Positions 18,527 to 29,857 of a stretch of DNA of 64,000 nt are shown here, in pieces. Position 1 is the stretch's first letter. Each line of letters starts with the position of its first letter. The position numbers and the translations under genes are program-made. Origin of the DNA: Nibricoccus sp. (GTDB lineage Bacteria > Verrucomicrobiota > Verrucomicrobiia > Opitutales > Opitutaceae); the NCBI GenBank assembly GCA_047602425.1, contig JASGHG010000001.1, positions 3,104,001-3,168,000 of the forward strand, in the 5' to 3' direction. Under the pieces are notes generated by a model, which was not told the DNA's origin, made no database searches, and worked only from the letters and a program-made list of their open reading frames with translations.

Positions 18527-21500
18527 CTAAGAACCGCTGGCGACCGGTTCGGTTACAATTTGTTGAAGGGCCACAAGATCGGGTTTTCCCGAGCCGAGCA
18601 GTGGGAAGGGAGTTAGGACTTTGATTTGTTTCGGGACGCTGAGGTCAGAGAGACCTTTGGCGCGAATGGATTCGCGGACGGCTTCCATGGTGAGCGCGGA
18701 ATCGGCGGTGCAGACGATCAGTTCCTCGCCCTTGGTCGGATGAGGGCGGCTTACGACGGCGACAATGCCGTTGGCGGCGGTTGCTATCGCTTCCTCGACG
18801 GCGGCAAGGGAAACCATTTCGCCGGCGATTTTGGCGAAGCGTTTGGCGCGGCCGAGGATGGTGACGAAACCCTGTTCATCGAGGGAAACGATGTCACCGG
18901 TGTCGTACCAGTCGTCTGTTTCGGCAAGCTGCCCGGGGCGTTCGGGCAGATAGTAGCCGAGCATACGGTTGGGCCCGCGGAAAAAGAGGCGGCCGCCAGG
19001 GGTGCCGGGCACGGGTTCGAGGCGGTGTTCGATGCCGGGAAGGAAGCGGCCGACGGTTCCGGGTTTATTGGAAAGCGGCGTGTTCATCGCGAGTCCGGGA
19101 GCGGCCTCGGTGGTGCCATAGCCTTCGAAAATGCGAATGCCGAACCTTTCGTTCCACAACTTTTGCGTGGCGGCCTGGAGTTTTTCCGCGCCGGCGAAAA
19201 CGTAGCGGAGCGAATAGAAATCGTAGCTGTGGGCCTTGCGTGCGTAGCCGTTGAGAAAGGAATTTGTGGCGAAGAAGATCGTGGCATTGGTGCTGTAGAT
19301 GAATTCGGGGATCACTCCGTAGTGCAGCGGCGTGGGATAAAGGACGGCGCGAGCACCCGACAGCAACGGCAACAGCATGCCACCAGTAAAGCCGAAGGCG
19401 TGAAAGAGCGGCAAGGCGTTGAAAACACAGTCCGTATGCGAAAAGTCGATACGTGCGCGGAGCTGGGCCACGTTGGCGAGGAGATTGCGATGGGAAAGCA
19501 CGACGGCTTTGGGCAGGCCCGACGAGCCGGACGTGAACATGATCGCGGCGCGCGGATCCATGCCGCGCGAAATCCAGTTGAGCTCGTGGCGCTCGTAGTA
19601 CCCGGTGAGGAAAAACTGCATCCAGGCCGCGCGGAGTTTCCAGAGAAAGGTGGGCTTGAAGTCCTCAAGATAAAGCAAGCGGACGCTCGCTTTGGCGAGA
19701 GCGGCGGCGAGTTCCTCAAGTTTGGCGGTTTCTATGAATTTGCGCGATGTAATGACAGTTCGAATACCGGCGGTGCGAACGGTCGACTCGAAGGCCGTGA
19801 GGCCCATGGTGAAATTGAGCCAGGCAGGAATGCGATGGCCGAATTGCAGACCGAGAAACGCCAATGCGCCTTCCTTGCTGGTTGGCAGCATGAGCCCTAC
19901 GACGTTGCCGGATTCGGTGTACTCGTTGAAACGGGTGCCGAGGTAGGCGGAACGGCTGAGAATTTGCGCGTAGTCGAGATTTATATGATCATGAGACGTC
20001 CACATCGTGCGGCTACCACCGTGGCGGCGGGAGGCAACGACGAGTTCGCGGAAAATCGAGTGATCGGGAATTTGGGCGGCGCTGGCGCTTTCGGTCAGCA
20101 AATTATAGATGAACGGAGTGGCTTCGTCGCGCGCGGCGGATTCGGGAAGCGTTTTGGCCGGGCTAATCGTGAGCGTGATGCGCGGGAACCAGCGTTTGCG
20201 ATATTTCGCGCCGAGACGGGTGAAAAGCGAGAGATGGGCGCCGTCGATATGAACAGGAATGATTTTTGCGCCGGTTTTCTGGGCAATGAAGCCGGCGCCA
20301 TCGTAAATTTTCATCAACCCGCCGGTCGTGCTGAGGCGACCCTCGGGAAAGATAGCGACTGGTTCGTTACGCTCCACGCAGGCGCAAAGCGTTTTGAGCG
20401 CGAGCGGTTCGAGCGGATTGAGAGGGTGGGCGGTCACCCATTTGATAAACGGTTTGACCCAGCGCAAAGTGGCGACTTGCGAGTGAACGGCGAAAACCGG
20501 AGTTTCGGGCAGATAAACGGCGAGCAGCGCCGCATCCAGCCAGGAGGTGTGATTGGCGATGATGAGCCGGCGGCCCTCGGCGGGGAAATTTTCCAGACCA
20601 CGAACTTCAACGCGGAAGATAAGGCGGAGGGCGACGCGCGCGACCGTATGAAGCACCGACTCGGGCACGAGCCAGATCATATAAATGGCGGCGGCGAAAT
20701 TGCCGAGGCCAAGAACCCAAAGCAGCGCCATCGGACGCGGGTCGAGCAGGTTTATGACAATTGCGAGGATCGAAGCCGCCACCATGAAAACGGCGTTCAT
20801 GATATTATTGGCGGAGATGACGCGGCCGCGCTGGTCGGCCGGGCTGCGATGCTGCATGAGCGTATAGAGAGGCACGGCATAAACGCCGCCAGCGATGCCA
20901 ATGCCGGACGTTATCACATACAGGGCGACGTCGAGATGTGCACCCGCGAACCGGTCGGCGGCAATCCACAGCATCACAAATGCGCTCATCGCCAGGCCTG
21001 CGAGCGGAACATACGTGGCGCGGATTTTTCCATGGGTGAGTTTCATTCCGACGAACGAGCCCACGCCCACGCCGATGGCGAAACAGAGCAGAAACTGCGT
21101 AACGCCTTCAGGATCCCGATGGAGAACGTCCTTGATGTAGATGGGAAGAAAATTAAGCAGAACCGCACCAAATCCCCAGAACCAGGAAATGCCGAGCACG
21201 GTGCGCCAGAGCACGGGGATTTGGCGGATGGTGCGTAACGCGTCCGTGGCGGAGCGTGTGAACGCACGCAAACTCCAAGGTGAGTACGCCGGCTGGGTCG
21301 AGGCCGGGGCGGACGGAAGAAAAAAAGCCGAAACGCAGCCGACCACGCCAAGTCCCAGCATGAGCAGAGCGACGAAATTGCGGTCCCCCGCGGAGACGGC
21401 GGCCTGGCCGCCGATATAGGTGCCGGTGACAATGGCGATGAATGAAGCGCCCTCGAACCAGGCATTACCAGCAACAAGTTCCTTTTCTTCGAGATAAAAG

Positions 21501-21883
21501 GGAAGCAATCCATATTTCAGCGGACCGAAGAGCGCCGAAATAACTCCAAGGGAAATGATCACGGCCCACATGCCGTAGAAGCTTTGGAAGTGCAGGGCGG
21601 CGGCGGCTCCAGCCATGACAAACGCCTCGAAAATCTTAAGGCGTCTGACGAAGAGATCGCGTGCCCAAATATCGGATACATACCCGGCCCAGCCAGAGAC
21701 CAGGACAAACGGCAGGATAAACAGGCCCAGGATCAACTGAACGGTGTGGCTTGGATTCCAGCCGTGGGCAGCCGCAAGGCCGAACGTGCTGAGCATGACG
21801 AAAGCGTTTTTAAAAACGTTATCGCAAAAGGCCCCAACAAATTGGGTTACAAAGAGCGGCAGGAAGCGGCGGGAAAAGAGCAT
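18527..21883 (-). CDS. aas: Fused MFS lysophospholipid transporter / acyltransferase / acyl-ACP synthetase (Aas-like)
   Basis: N-terminal MFS helices; NHTSWLD and FPEG; FTSGSSGLPK, EGYGTTE and YDTGD. Confidence 0.9.
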   Translation of the reverse strand: MLFSRRFLPLFVTQFVGAFCDNVFKNAFVMLSTFGLAAAHGWNPSHTVQLILGLFILPFVLVSGWAGYVSDIWARDLFVRRLKIFEAFVMAGAAAALHFQSFYGMWAVIISLGVISALFGPLKYGLLPFYLEEKELVAGNAWFEGASFIAIVTGTYIGGQAAVSAGDRNFVALLMLGLGVVGCVSAFFLPSAPASTQPAYSPWSLRAFTRSATDALRTIRQIPVLWRTVLGISWFWGFGAVLLNFLPIYIKDVLHRDPEGVTQFLLCFAIGVGVGSFVGMKLTHGKIRATYVPLAGLAMSAFVMLWIAADRFAGAHLDVALYVITSGIGIAGGVYAVPLYTLMQHRSPADQRGRVISANNIMNAVFMVAASILAIVINLLDPRPMALLWVLGLGNFAAAIYMIWLVPESVLHTVARVALRLIFRVEVRGLENFPAEGRRLIIANHTSWLDAALLAVYLPETPVFAVHSQVATLRWVKPFIKWVTAHPLNPLEPLALKTLCACVERNEPVAIFPEGRLSTTGGLMKIYDGAGFIAQKTGAKIIPVHIDGAHLSLFTRLGAKYRKRWFPRITLTISPAKTLPESAARDEATPFIYNLLTESASAAQIPDHSIFRELVVASRRHGGSRTMWTSHDHINLDYAQILSRSAYLGTRFNEYTESGNVVGLMLPTSKEGALAFLGLQFGHRIPAWLNFTMGLTAFESTVRTAGIRTVITSRKFIETAKLEELAAALAKASVRLLYLEDFKPTFLWKLRAAWMQFFLTGYYERHELNWISRGMDPRAAIMFTSGSSGLPKAVVLSHRNLLANVAQLRARIDFSHTDCVFNALPLFHAFGFTGGMLLPLLSGARAVLYPTPLHYGVIPEFIYSTNATIFFATNSFLNGYARKAHSYDFYSLRYVFAGAEKLQAATQKLWNERFGIRIFEGYGTTEAAPGLAMNTPLSNKPGTVGRFLPGIEHRLEPVPGTPGGRLFFRGPNRMLGYYLPERPGQLAETDDWYDTGDIVSLDEQGFVTILGRAKRFAKIAGEMVSLAAVEEAIATAANGIVAVVSRPHPTKGEELIVCTADSALTMEAVRESIRAKGLSDLSVPKQIKVLTPFPLLGSGKPDLVALQQIVTEPVASGS

Positions 21884-21901
21884 GATAGTGGTTGAAGAAA
21901 A

Positions 21902-23230
21902 TTACGCAGCGCTGGAGGTATTGCGCAGTTGCAGCCGGCGTCGGAAATAGGACCGGCGTCGGTGTTCGGTAAATTCCGCGGAATACACCTTGCCGGCGAG
22001 CTCGAAAAATCCGCGGCGCAAAACCTCGGCTGACATGTTTTTCGGCTGAAAAACGATGTCGAACAGCGTGCATTTGTTCCAGACGTGAGGTTCGACCAGA
22101 CGTCCTTCCTGGGAGAGACGGGTATAGAGCGGTGTTCCCGGGAAAGGTGTCATTACCGTGAGTTGCACTTCGTAGAGTTCGCTTTGTTGAATGAATTCCC
22201 AGAGGCGTTCGAAGGAAGCGGGTGTATGCCGATCGAGACCGAGTACGAAGCAACCATTGACGGTGATGCCATGATCTTGAATGCGGCGAATGGCATCGAG
22301 GTAATGCGTGCGCTGACGGGCTTTCCAATTTCCTTTCAGCTCGATTCCTTCGGTGGCGTCGTCGGGGTCTTCGAGTCCAACCAAGATTTGCGCGCAACCC
22401 GCATCGTGCATTTTCTGCAGGAGAGCGTCGTCTTGAGCGACCGAGATGTCGGTTTCAGTAAACCAGCGGATATTTTCAGGAATGAGCGCATCCACCAAGG
22501 CGTGGCCATGACGGCGATCGGCGAAGGTGTTATCGTCGGCAAATTCAATGAATGGCGTTGGCCAGAATTCCTTGATGCGATGAAGTTCGGCAATGACTTT
22601 GGCGATGGGTTTGGTGCGGTAGGAGTGGTTTAGCCGAACGGAAGCTGCGCAAAATTCGCAATTCCAGGGACAGCCGCGGGCGGTCTGGATGGTGAGACGA
22701 TTGTAACGAGAAACGTCGAGAAGGTCGAAACGCGGCATCGGAGCTTCTGCGAGATCGAAAGGTCCGGACGCCCGGTACCGTGGACGGAGCTCGTTATTTT
22801 CGAGATCGCGCAGTAGGGCTGGCCAGACTGGTTCGGCTTCGCCGATAACGATGGCGTCGGCGTGGTGCGCGGCCTCGTCGGGACAGAGTGTGACGTGGAG
22901 TCCGCCGAGAATCACCCGCGTGCCCTGTCGCCGATAGCGTCCGGCGAGGACGTAGGCGTCGTCAATCATCGCTGTAAAACTGGAAATGGCCACGACGTCG
23001 AACGGACCGGGGAGATTTGCCTCGATTTCGGGTGCATGAATATCGGGGACTTCAACATAGGAAATTTCGTGGGACGAAGGCGTCAGGCCTGCAAGGGTGA
23101 GGAGACCGAGACTGGGCAGGGAGGCGATGACTTTGCTGCGCTCGACGAAGCCGGGGAGATTGAGGCCGATGGCAAGGAGTTCGGCATCTGCGGCGCGAAC
23201 TCCGGAAAGAGCAAGGAATCCGATTTTCAT
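21902..23230 (-). CDS. Cobalamin-binding radical SAM enzyme
   Basis: B12-binding region GGLHVT..P.EA..HAD..GEAE; RGCPWNCEFC; TPFPGT. Confidence 0.9.
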   Translation of the reverse strand: MKIGFLALSGVRAADAELLAIGLNLPGFVERSKVIASLPSLGLLTLAGLTPSSHEISYVEVPDIHAPEIEANLPGPFDVVAISSFTAMIDDAYVLAGRYRRQGTRVILGGLHVTLCPDEAAHHADAIVIGEAEPVWPALLRDLENNELRPRYRASGPFDLAEAPMPRFDLLDVSRYNRLTIQTARGCPWNCEFCAASVRLNHSYRTKPIAKVIAELHRIKEFWPTPFIEFADDNTFADRRHGHALVDALIPENIRWFTETDISVAQDDALLQKMHDAGCAQILVGLEDPDDATEGIELKGNWKARQRTHYLDAIRRIQDHGITVNGCFVLGLDRHTPASFERLWEFIQQSELYEVQLTVMTPFPGTPLYTRLSQEGRLVEPHVWNKCTLFDIVFQPKNMSAEVLRRGFFELAGKVYSAEFTEHRRRSYFRRRLQLRNTSSAA

Positions 23231-23598
23231 GAGAGATGCACCAAAAGCGTTACGATCCCGGCCAGGGTGCTGCCGGCTGGAATGAAAAACAGATGGCGAA
23301 ACGGCTTCCGCCATGCGGTGAGAAAGCAGTTGAGAGGCATGGCGACCATGGCGACGACGAGGAAACGCGAACCCCAGGTCGTCCATTCGGAGGGTGTAGC
23401 GATACTCAGAGCAAAGAGGATGTTGATCAAACCGATGCCGAAAAAAGCGATATGACCGAGGCGGACCATACGACGGGGGAACGAGTCATAACCGCCAAGC
23501 CAGCCATCACGATGAAAATACAGGCCGATCAACGCGCCGGAGAGAGCGCCGCCGAGAAACCCGGACCAGCCGACGACAAGATTAAGGGAAGAGCTCAT
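23227..23598 (-). CDS. Small membrane protein (3-4 TM)
   Basis: Hydrophobic, 123 aa, RLGH motif. Overlaps the MarR 3' end and the radical SAM start (ATGA). Confidence 0.75.
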   Translation of the reverse strand: MSSSLNLVVGWSGFLGGALSGALIGLYFHRDGWLGGYDSFPRRMVRLGHIAFFGIGLINILFALSIATPSEWTTWGSRFLVVAMVAMPLNCFLTAWRKPFRHLFFIPAGSTLAGIVTLLVHLS

Positions 23599-24004
23599 CG
23601 GCTTTGGTGCCGAGGCGAACAAGAACGTCCTCGGTCAATTTTTTTTCGATATCACTGAAAAGACCTTCGAGTTGGTTGAGGCATTTTTCGTAGTCTCTGG
23701 AAGCTTTGCTCCAGAGTGCGCGGCCCTTTGCGGTCAGGGCGACGATGCGCTGTCGTCGGTCCTCTTTGTTTTCGAGATCCACGACCAGACCGTCGCGTGA
23801 CATACGCTTGAGCAGTCCGGTGACGTTGGAAGGATCGACGATGAGACTTGCGGCCAGATCGGAGGCGCGCAGGCCATCTTTTTGATCGGAGAGCAAATTC
23901 ATAACGTTGAATTGCGCGGCGGTCAGGTTGTGCGGAGAAAAGACGCGCTTGGCGGCTTTATCGAGGATCTGAGCGGTTTGGAAAACACGAAGAACGACTT
24001 GCAT
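23582..24004 (-). CDS. MarR family transcriptional regulator
   Basis: LTAAQFNVM, SNVTGLLKRM..DGLV and DRRQRIVALT.KG motifs. Confidence 0.92.
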   Translation of the reverse strand: MQVVLRVFQTAQILDKAAKRVFSPHNLTAAQFNVMNLLSDQKDGLRASDLAASLIVDPSNVTGLLKRMSRDGLVVDLENKEDRRQRIVALTAKGRALWSKASRDYEKCLNQLEGLFSDIEKKLTEDVLVRLGTKADELFP

Positions 24005-24023
24005 GGCGGAAAATTTGTCAGAG

Positions 24024-24063
24024 AAAGTTGAGTGGTCAAATAAAAAGTTGAATCATCAACTAA
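24024..24063. promoter_or_regulatory. Tandem palindromic operator (probable MarR sites)
   Basis: GTTGA-N4-TCAAA (24027-24040) and AGTTGA-N4-TCAACT (24046-24061), with a 20-bp period. Confidence 0.7.
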
Positions 24064-24157
24064 ACATGACATTCACCTGAATGCGCGGTGGTTTCGAAAA
24101 ATATTTTAAGCGGCGACTTGGCGGAAGGCGCGGTTTGCGCATGATCTGGATTTTTCC

Positions 24158-24994
24158 ATGGCCGACGTAACCAGTAGCAATGTAGCTCTTGCAGCGCAGC
24201 CCGAACCGGTGCAGCGGGAAATCACGCGTTTGTGTATCGTAACCGGTTTAACGCTGCTGCAGCACGGCTCGGAAAGCGCCTTGGTGGAATCCCTAACGCG
24301 CCGACTTGGCCTGGCATTGGGGGTGCGCAGCGTGGAGGTGGCGATCATGGCAAACGCGCTGACAGTCACGACCTTAAGTGACGATCATTGCATAACCACG
24401 GTCCGCCGTAATGAGGACCATGGAATCAACATGCATATGGTCACCGAAGTGCAGCGCGCGGTGCTCGATGTGGAGGAGGGGAGGCTCGATGCTACAGGCT
24501 ATCGTGTTCGTTTGGAGGCGATCAGGCCCGAGAAATATCCGCGCTGGTTGGTGGCGTTGATGATTGGTTTTTCGTGCGCTTGTTTTGCGCGATTGGCGCA
24601 AATGAGTTTACCGGCGGTAGAGGACCGGAGTTGGGACTGGAAGGGACTGGGGCTCACGTTCCTAGCGAGCAGCGCGGCCATGTTAACGCGCCAGTTGTTC
24701 GCTGCGCGGCATTTCAATCCGTTGGTGAATTTTTTTGTTTCGGCATTCGTGGCGACTTCGATCGCGGGTCAAGGGGTGATCTATAAGCTCGGACCGCATC
24801 CGAAAATCGCGATGGCGTCTTGTGTATTGTTGCTGGTTCCAGGATTTCCGATGATCAACTCGGTTTCCGATATGGTGAAAGGTTACATCAACACGGGTTT
24901 GTCGCGCGGCATGATGGCGGTGTTGCTGGGTGCGGCGACGTCGGCCGGCATTATTTTGGCGATGACAGTTTGGAATGTATGGGGGTGGCTATGA
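24158..24994 (+). CDS. ThrE/YjjP family exporter, large subunit
   Basis: LLQHGSES, GINMHMVTEVQ and LLLVPGFPMIN motifs. Confidence 0.9.
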   Translation: MADVTSSNVALAAQPEPVQREITRLCIVTGLTLLQHGSESALVESLTRRLGLALGVRSVEVAIMANALTVTTLSDDHCITTVRRNEDHGINMHMVTEVQRAVLDVEEGRLDATGYRVRLEAIRPEKYPRWLVALMIGFSCACFARLAQMSLPAVEDRSWDWKGLGLTFLASSAAMLTRQLFAARHFNPLVNFFVSAFVATSIAGQGVIYKLGPHPKIAMASCVLLLVPGFPMINSVSDMVKGYINTGLSRGMMAVLLGAATSAGIILAMTVWNVWGWL

Positions 24995-25455
24995 ACACGC
25001 TGATTGAATTTCTGCAAAACATGTTACTCGCCGCGGTGCCGGCAGTGGGCTTTGGACTGGTGTTTAATGTGCCGCGTGGTGCGCTGGTGCTTTGTGCGGC
25101 GGGTGGCGCATTGGGACGAGGACTCCGCTATTTGTTGATCACGGGCGGCCTTCCGATTGAGCCGGCAACATTTGTGGCGGCGTCGGCTGTGAGCCTGCTT
25201 GGCATTTATGTGGCGCAGCGTTTCAGGGCGCATCCCAAAGTTTTTACGGTGGCGGCGATGATTCCGATGATTCCGGGTGTGCCATTTTTTACGGCATTGA
25301 TCGCAGTCGCGGAAATACAACGTCGCGGACTTACGCAGGATTTGTTGAATACCGCGATCAGTTCCGGGCTTCGCACGACGTTTATCGTCGCGGCGCTGGC
25401 GGTGGGGTTGGCTTTGCCGGGGTTACTCTTTTATCGACGAAAACCGGTGGTATGA
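24991..25455 (+). CDS. ThrE/YjjB family exporter, small subunit
   Basis: AVPAVGFGLVFNVP and HPKVFTVAAMIPMIPG motifs; ATGA coupling. Confidence 0.9.
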   Translation: MNTLIEFLQNMLLAAVPAVGFGLVFNVPRGALVLCAAGGALGRGLRYLLITGGLPIEPATFVAASAVSLLGIYVAQRFRAHPKVFTVAAMIPMIPGVPFFTALIAVAEIQRRGLTQDLLNTAISSGLRTTFIVAALAVGLALPGLLFYRRKPVV

Positions 25456-25802
25456 AGCTCCTCGCGCGGCGGTAGATGGCCCCCAAGGTGGCCTGTAAGG
25501 CCCTCACGGGGAGTTATCTAGAAAGGAGTTCCTCGGGAGGACCGCTTATCTGTTGACGATAACAAGTCGGTTGCATTAGGTTACAACCAATTGCCTAAGA
25601 TAGACTAAAGAATATTCGTTTACTCGTTTTTTACGGTGTTACCCCTTTTATTACTACCTCAATGGGAGCCCCTTCGCCAGACGCAGAATCGTTTGGCAAC
25701 AGCAGGCATGAAAGCGTGGGGTGAGGTTGTGAATTGTATGAAGCGGCGAATTACGGAGTTGCGGAACAATTGCGTCCTGATCGGGACTGTAGCGGTGATT
25801 CC

Positions 25803-28800
25803 ATGCCAGTGAAAGGATCGCACCCTAACCCCCGTTGGCTTCCGCGTCGCCTGTTGCTGGCGATGTTTTGGCTTCTTGGATGGTTGAGTGCGTACGGTTT
25901 GGATCCAACGCGAAATCCCAGCCAATATCGTTTCGACGAATGGTCGCGCATTGACGGGTTGCCGTATCCGGCGATCCACGAGCTTTATCAAAGTGCCGAT
26001 GGGTTTTTGTGGATAGGAACAAGTTCTGGTGCGGCACGTTTTGACGGCATGAGTTTCAACGTGTTCACGAAGGCGACCGTCCCTGAGATGATCGATGACG
26101 AAGTGCATGCGTTTTGTGAGGACCGCGAAGGGCGGTTGTGGATGGGCACGGGTCGCGGGGTATTGTGGTATCGTGAGGGCAGGTGGTCGCGGCCCTTTAT
26201 GGGCAACGAAATCGACGACCACGCCGTGCATGCTTTCTGGCCCGAGACGGACGGCAGCATTTTAATTGCCCTGAGTGACAAAATCTACCGGTACAGCGAG
26301 GGTCAGGCTGAACAATTGAGACTTTCGGGCGACCCTGTTCTGTCGAAGATCACAGCTTTGTCACGTGGCACCAATGGCGAGCTGCGCATTTTCGGCGAAA
26401 ATTTCGTGCGCGTGCAGGGCGACCAGGCAAAAGTGATTTCCCAGGAAGACGGCTTGGTTTTCAATGAAATCAGGGCAAGCGGCCAGGACGACAACGGAGT
26501 TTTCTGGCTGGGGAGTTCGCGAGGTCTGCAGTCGGTGCAAAAGGACGGGTCGCTGGCACCGTTCGCGCCGCAACGGGGACCTTCGATCAACGCTGTCCGC
26601 AGCCTGTTGGTGGATCACGAACAAAATCTTTGGATCGGCACACCCAATGGACTTTATCGCTATACACGTGGTTCGGTGGAACCGGTGATCGTTCGCGGGG
26701 GCGAACCGCTCAATCATGTGCTCAGTTTGTTTGAGGATCGCGAAGGCAATATTTGGGGCGGCACCGACACCGGCCTGTTCCGCTTGAAGGACGTAAATGT
26801 AACCTCGTTCACGCGGCAGGAAGGACTTCAGTCCAATTCCATTCTCTGCGTGATGCAATCGAGGGACGGTAGCAAATGGGTCGGCACCTGGGGCGGTGGG
26901 CTCACGCATATCACCGATGAAGGCCGCGTAACCTTCAATCGTGCGAATGGCCTGGTCGAAGATGCCATTTCCGGTGTCGTGGAAGACGACCAAGGCGGGC
27001 TTTGGATCTGTTGGTATAGCGAGGGCATCAGCCTTCTGAAGAACGGCAAGTTCACGCATTATCGCAGCCGCGAGGGCTTGAACGAACGTGTTTGCGGAGC
27101 GGGCATGGACGAATCGGGCGCGATGTGGGTGGCGACACTGCATGGCGTCCGCCGGCTGGTGAACGGAGCCTTTGTCGAAGTATCCATTCCAGGAATACAA
27201 ATACCTGGCGCGCTGATGACCGATTCGCGCAAGCGCATCTGGATCGCGGGACGCAGTGGCGTGGGTTACATGGAAAAAGGACGGTGGTCGTTGATCGCCT
27301 CGGAGCCCGATGTCGCGAAACAAAAGATGCCCCGCCAGATTATTGAAGGCGCGGACGGCGATTATTGGATTTTGCGGGATGCCTTGGAGATTCAGCGCAT
27401 TCGCAAGGGTAAGGTTGAAACGTTCACGCTGCCATCCGTGCTCGGCAAGCTCACCTACGGTGGCGTTATCCACAACGGGGAAATCTGGATCACTTATCGC
27501 AACGGCATCTTCCGCGCGGCGCTCAACGAATTTGACGAAGTCGCTGCGGGAGAAAAAGAGCTGATCGAATACGTTTTGTACAACGAAGCCGACGGCATGC
27601 GCAGCCCCGCGCCTAATATTCCTGGGGTGCCCTCCGCCTGCGTCACGCGGGACGGCTCATTGTGGTTTTCCACGAGCAAAGGTATCGCGATCATTCACCC
27701 GGGCCACATCCGCCGGAATACCGTCGCGCCGAACGTGGTGATTCATCAAGTGACGGTCGACAAGGTCGAGCAACCGCTGACGACACTGCGCAATCTTCCT
27801 CCCTGCGACGGCGAACTAGCCTTTTATTTCACGGCGCTGAGCCTCACCGATCCCACGCAAAACCGTTACAAGTATCGGTTGTTTGGATACGACAAACGCT
27901 GGGTCGAAGCTGGAACGCGTCGCGAGGCCCATTACGGCAGCGTGCCGCCCGGCCGTTATCGTTTCCAAGTGATCGCGTGTAACAACGAAGGCGTTTGGAA
28001 TCCGCGCGGCACGGAATGCGAAATCGTGATTGCACCGCATTCCTATCAGACTTGGTGGTTCCGCGCGTTGCTGATTGGTTTGGGACTTTTGCTTTTCTCC
28101 GCCGTGCTTTTCTGGCGCACGCGCACGTTGCGTGGCCGCGAACGAGAATTACGGCGATTGGTTGAGGCTCGCACGCAGGATTTGAAGCAGGCGGTGGCTG
28201 CGGCCGAAGCTGCGAAGGAAGCGGCTGAAGCGGCGAGCCGCGCGAAGAGCGAATTCGTGGCAAACATGAGCCACGAAATCCGCACGCCGATGAATGGTGT
28301 CATTGGCATGACCGAGTTGGCGCTCGGTTTGTCGACTGATCCGGAGCAACGGATGTATCTAAAAACATTGGTTTCCTCGAGCGAAGCGTTGCTGACGGTG
28401 ATTAACGATATTCTGGACTTCTCCAAAATCGAATCAGGTAAACTCACGATCGATCCGATTGCGTTCAATTTTCAGGATTGTGTCGAGGGAGCGGTTGAGG
28501 CGATTGCGGTGCAGGCGGCGCGCAAGAATTTGGAGTTGGTCTGCGATATCGACTCGCAAACGCCCGCGGTGCTTGTGGGCGACGCCGTTCGCATCCGCCA
28601 GGTCGTATTGAATCTTTTGAGCAATGCTCTGAAGTTCACCGAGAGCGGCGAGATCGTCGTGCGTGCGCGGATGGAAAATCAGACCAGCGGTTTCGCCCGC
28701 ATGCATGTTTGCGTTTCCGACACGGGCATTGGCATTCCCGTGGATCGTCAGGAGGCGATTTTCTCCGCCTTTGTGCAGGCCGATAATTCCACGACCCGTC

Positions 28801-29816
28801 GTTACGGCGGCACCGGCCTTGGCCTTACGATCTGCCGCAAATTGATCGAATTGATGGGCGGCCGCATCTGGGTTGAGAGCGAGGTTGGCAAAGGAAGTCG
28901 TTTCCATTTTTCCATTGGACTTGCGCGGCCGGAATCCGCCGTGGCCGATCTTCCTCCGGCCGAAACTGGCGGCGTGGCGGGTTGGTCCATTCTGGTGGTT
29001 GAAACCAACCGTACGGTGGCGGCCGTAATCGCAGACATGGCGCGCCAACGGCAAATGCGGCCGGTCGTCGCACCGAGTGCCGCAGCCGGTTTGGGCTTGG
29101 TGCAGCAAATGCGTTCGGAAGCGGAACCGGCTTTCGATCTCGTAATGGTCGAGGAGCGCATGCCGGAAATGAACGCCTTCGCGATGATGCATGCTTTGCG
29201 TCTTGTGCCTGGTTATGAAAAGACGCCGGTCATTCTCCTTTCCACGCCCGATCATCAAGTCGACCTTCGCCGCTGCCGCGAGTACGGCATCGAGCACTTC
29301 CTGAAAAAACCGGTCCGACGCACGCGTTTCAACGAATGTCTGCGCGCCCTTTGCGAACAGAAGGCGGGCACTCGTTCGCCATTTGTTCCAGAACCGGTCT
29401 CTTCGCACGCCCGTCGTTTGCGCATCCTCGTCGCGGAGGACATGCCGGTGAACCAGACTGTGACCAGCAAGATCCTGGAAAAGCAGGGCCATCGGGTCGA
29501 GGTCGCGCCCGACGGTGTGACCGCGCTGGAAATGTATCAGAAGAACAAATACGACATGATCCTGATGGACGTGCAGATGCCACGCATGGACGGCTACGAG
29601 GCCACCCGCCGCATCCGTTCGATCGAGATCAAGGGCGATCATCATACTTTGATCGTTGCACTCACCGCGCACGCGATGAAGGGCGATGCGGACAAGTGCC
29701 ACATGGCCGGCATGGACGCCTATCTGTGCAAACCGCTGCGGTCGCAGGAGCTTTTTGCCCTGATCGAACAACGCTTTCCTTCGCCGGATACAGACAACTT
29801 CGTGCTGAATTCTTAA
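25803..29816 (+). CDS. Hybrid sensor histidine kinase with beta-propeller/Y_Y_Y sensor and two receivers
   Basis: Repeated D..G.LWIGT units, Y_Y_Y domain, TM, H-box [20 protein letters not shown], and two REC domains. Confidence 0.93.
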   Translation: MPVKGSHPNPRWLPRRLLLAMFWLLGWLSAYGLDPTRNPSQYRFDEWSRIDGLPYPAIHELYQSADGFLWIGTSSGAARFDGMSFNVFTKATVPEMIDDEVHAFCEDREGRLWMGTGRGVLWYREGRWSRPFMGNEIDDHAVHAFWPETDGSILIALSDKIYRYSEGQAEQLRLSGDPVLSKITALSRGTNGELRIFGENFVRVQGDQAKVISQEDGLVFNEIRASGQDDNGVFWLGSSRGLQSVQKDGSLAPFAPQRGPSINAVRSLLVDHEQNLWIGTPNGLYRYTRGSVEPVIVRGGEPLNHVLSLFEDREGNIWGGTDTGLFRLKDVNVTSFTRQEGLQSNSILCVMQSRDGSKWVGTWGGGLTHITDEGRVTFNRANGLVEDAISGVVEDDQGGLWICWYSEGISLLKNGKFTHYRSREGLNERVCGAGMDESGAMWVATLHGVRRLVNGAFVEVSIPGIQIPGALMTDSRKRIWIAGRSGVGYMEKGRWSLIASEPDVAKQKMPRQIIEGADGDYWILRDALEIQRIRKGKVETFTLPSVLGKLTYGGVIHNGEIWITYRNGIFRAALNEFDEVAAGEKELIEYVLYNEADGMRSPAPNIPGVPSACVTRDGSLWFSTSKGIAIIHPGHIRRNTVAPNVVIHQVTVDKVEQPLTTLRNLPPCDGELAFYFTALSLTDPTQNRYKYRLFGYDKRWVEAGTRREAHYGSVPPGRYRFQVIACNNEGVWNPRGTECEIVIAPHSYQTWWFRALLIGLGLLLFSAVLFWRTRTLRGRERELRRLVEARTQDLKQAVAAAEAAKEAAEAASRAKSEFVANMSHEIRTPMNGVIGMTELALGLSTDPEQRMYLKTLVSSSEALLTVINDILDFSKIESGKLTIDPIAFNFQDCVEGAVEAIAVQAARKNLELVCDIDSQTPAVLVGDAVRIRQVVLNLLSNALKFTESGEIVVRARMENQTSGFARMHVCVSDTGIGIPVDRQEAIFSAFVQADNSTTRRYGGTGLGLTICRKLIELMGGRIWVESEVGKGSRFHFSIGLARPESAVADLPPAETGGVAGWSILVVETNRTVAAVIADMARQRQMRPVVAPSAAAGLGLVQQMRSEAEPAFDLVMVEERMPEMNAFAMMHALRLVPGYEKTPVILLSTPDHQVDLRRCREYGIEHFLKKPVRRTRFNECLRALCEQKAGTRSPFVPEPVSSHARRLRILVAEDMPVNQTVTSKILEKQGHRVEVAPDGVTALEMYQKNKYDMILMDVQMPRMDGYEATRRIRSIEIKGDHHTLIVALTAHAMKGDADKCHMAGMDAYLCKPLRSQELFALIEQRFPSPDTDNFVLNS

Positions 29817-29857
29817 GTGGAAAGGCGCCGGGAAAGCCAGTGGGGACGCCGCGTGAT

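Noticed and set aside
18626..21238. 870-aa ORF antisense to aas, and similar long shadow ORFs (e.g. 28434-29870, 3875-4819)
   Set aside because: No recognisable motifs; expected by-product of GC-rich codon bias.
25456..25800. Long leader before the propeller kinase with weak hairpins; possible riboswitch
   Set aside because: I could not match any riboswitch consensus; an Rfam/Infernal scan would be needed.
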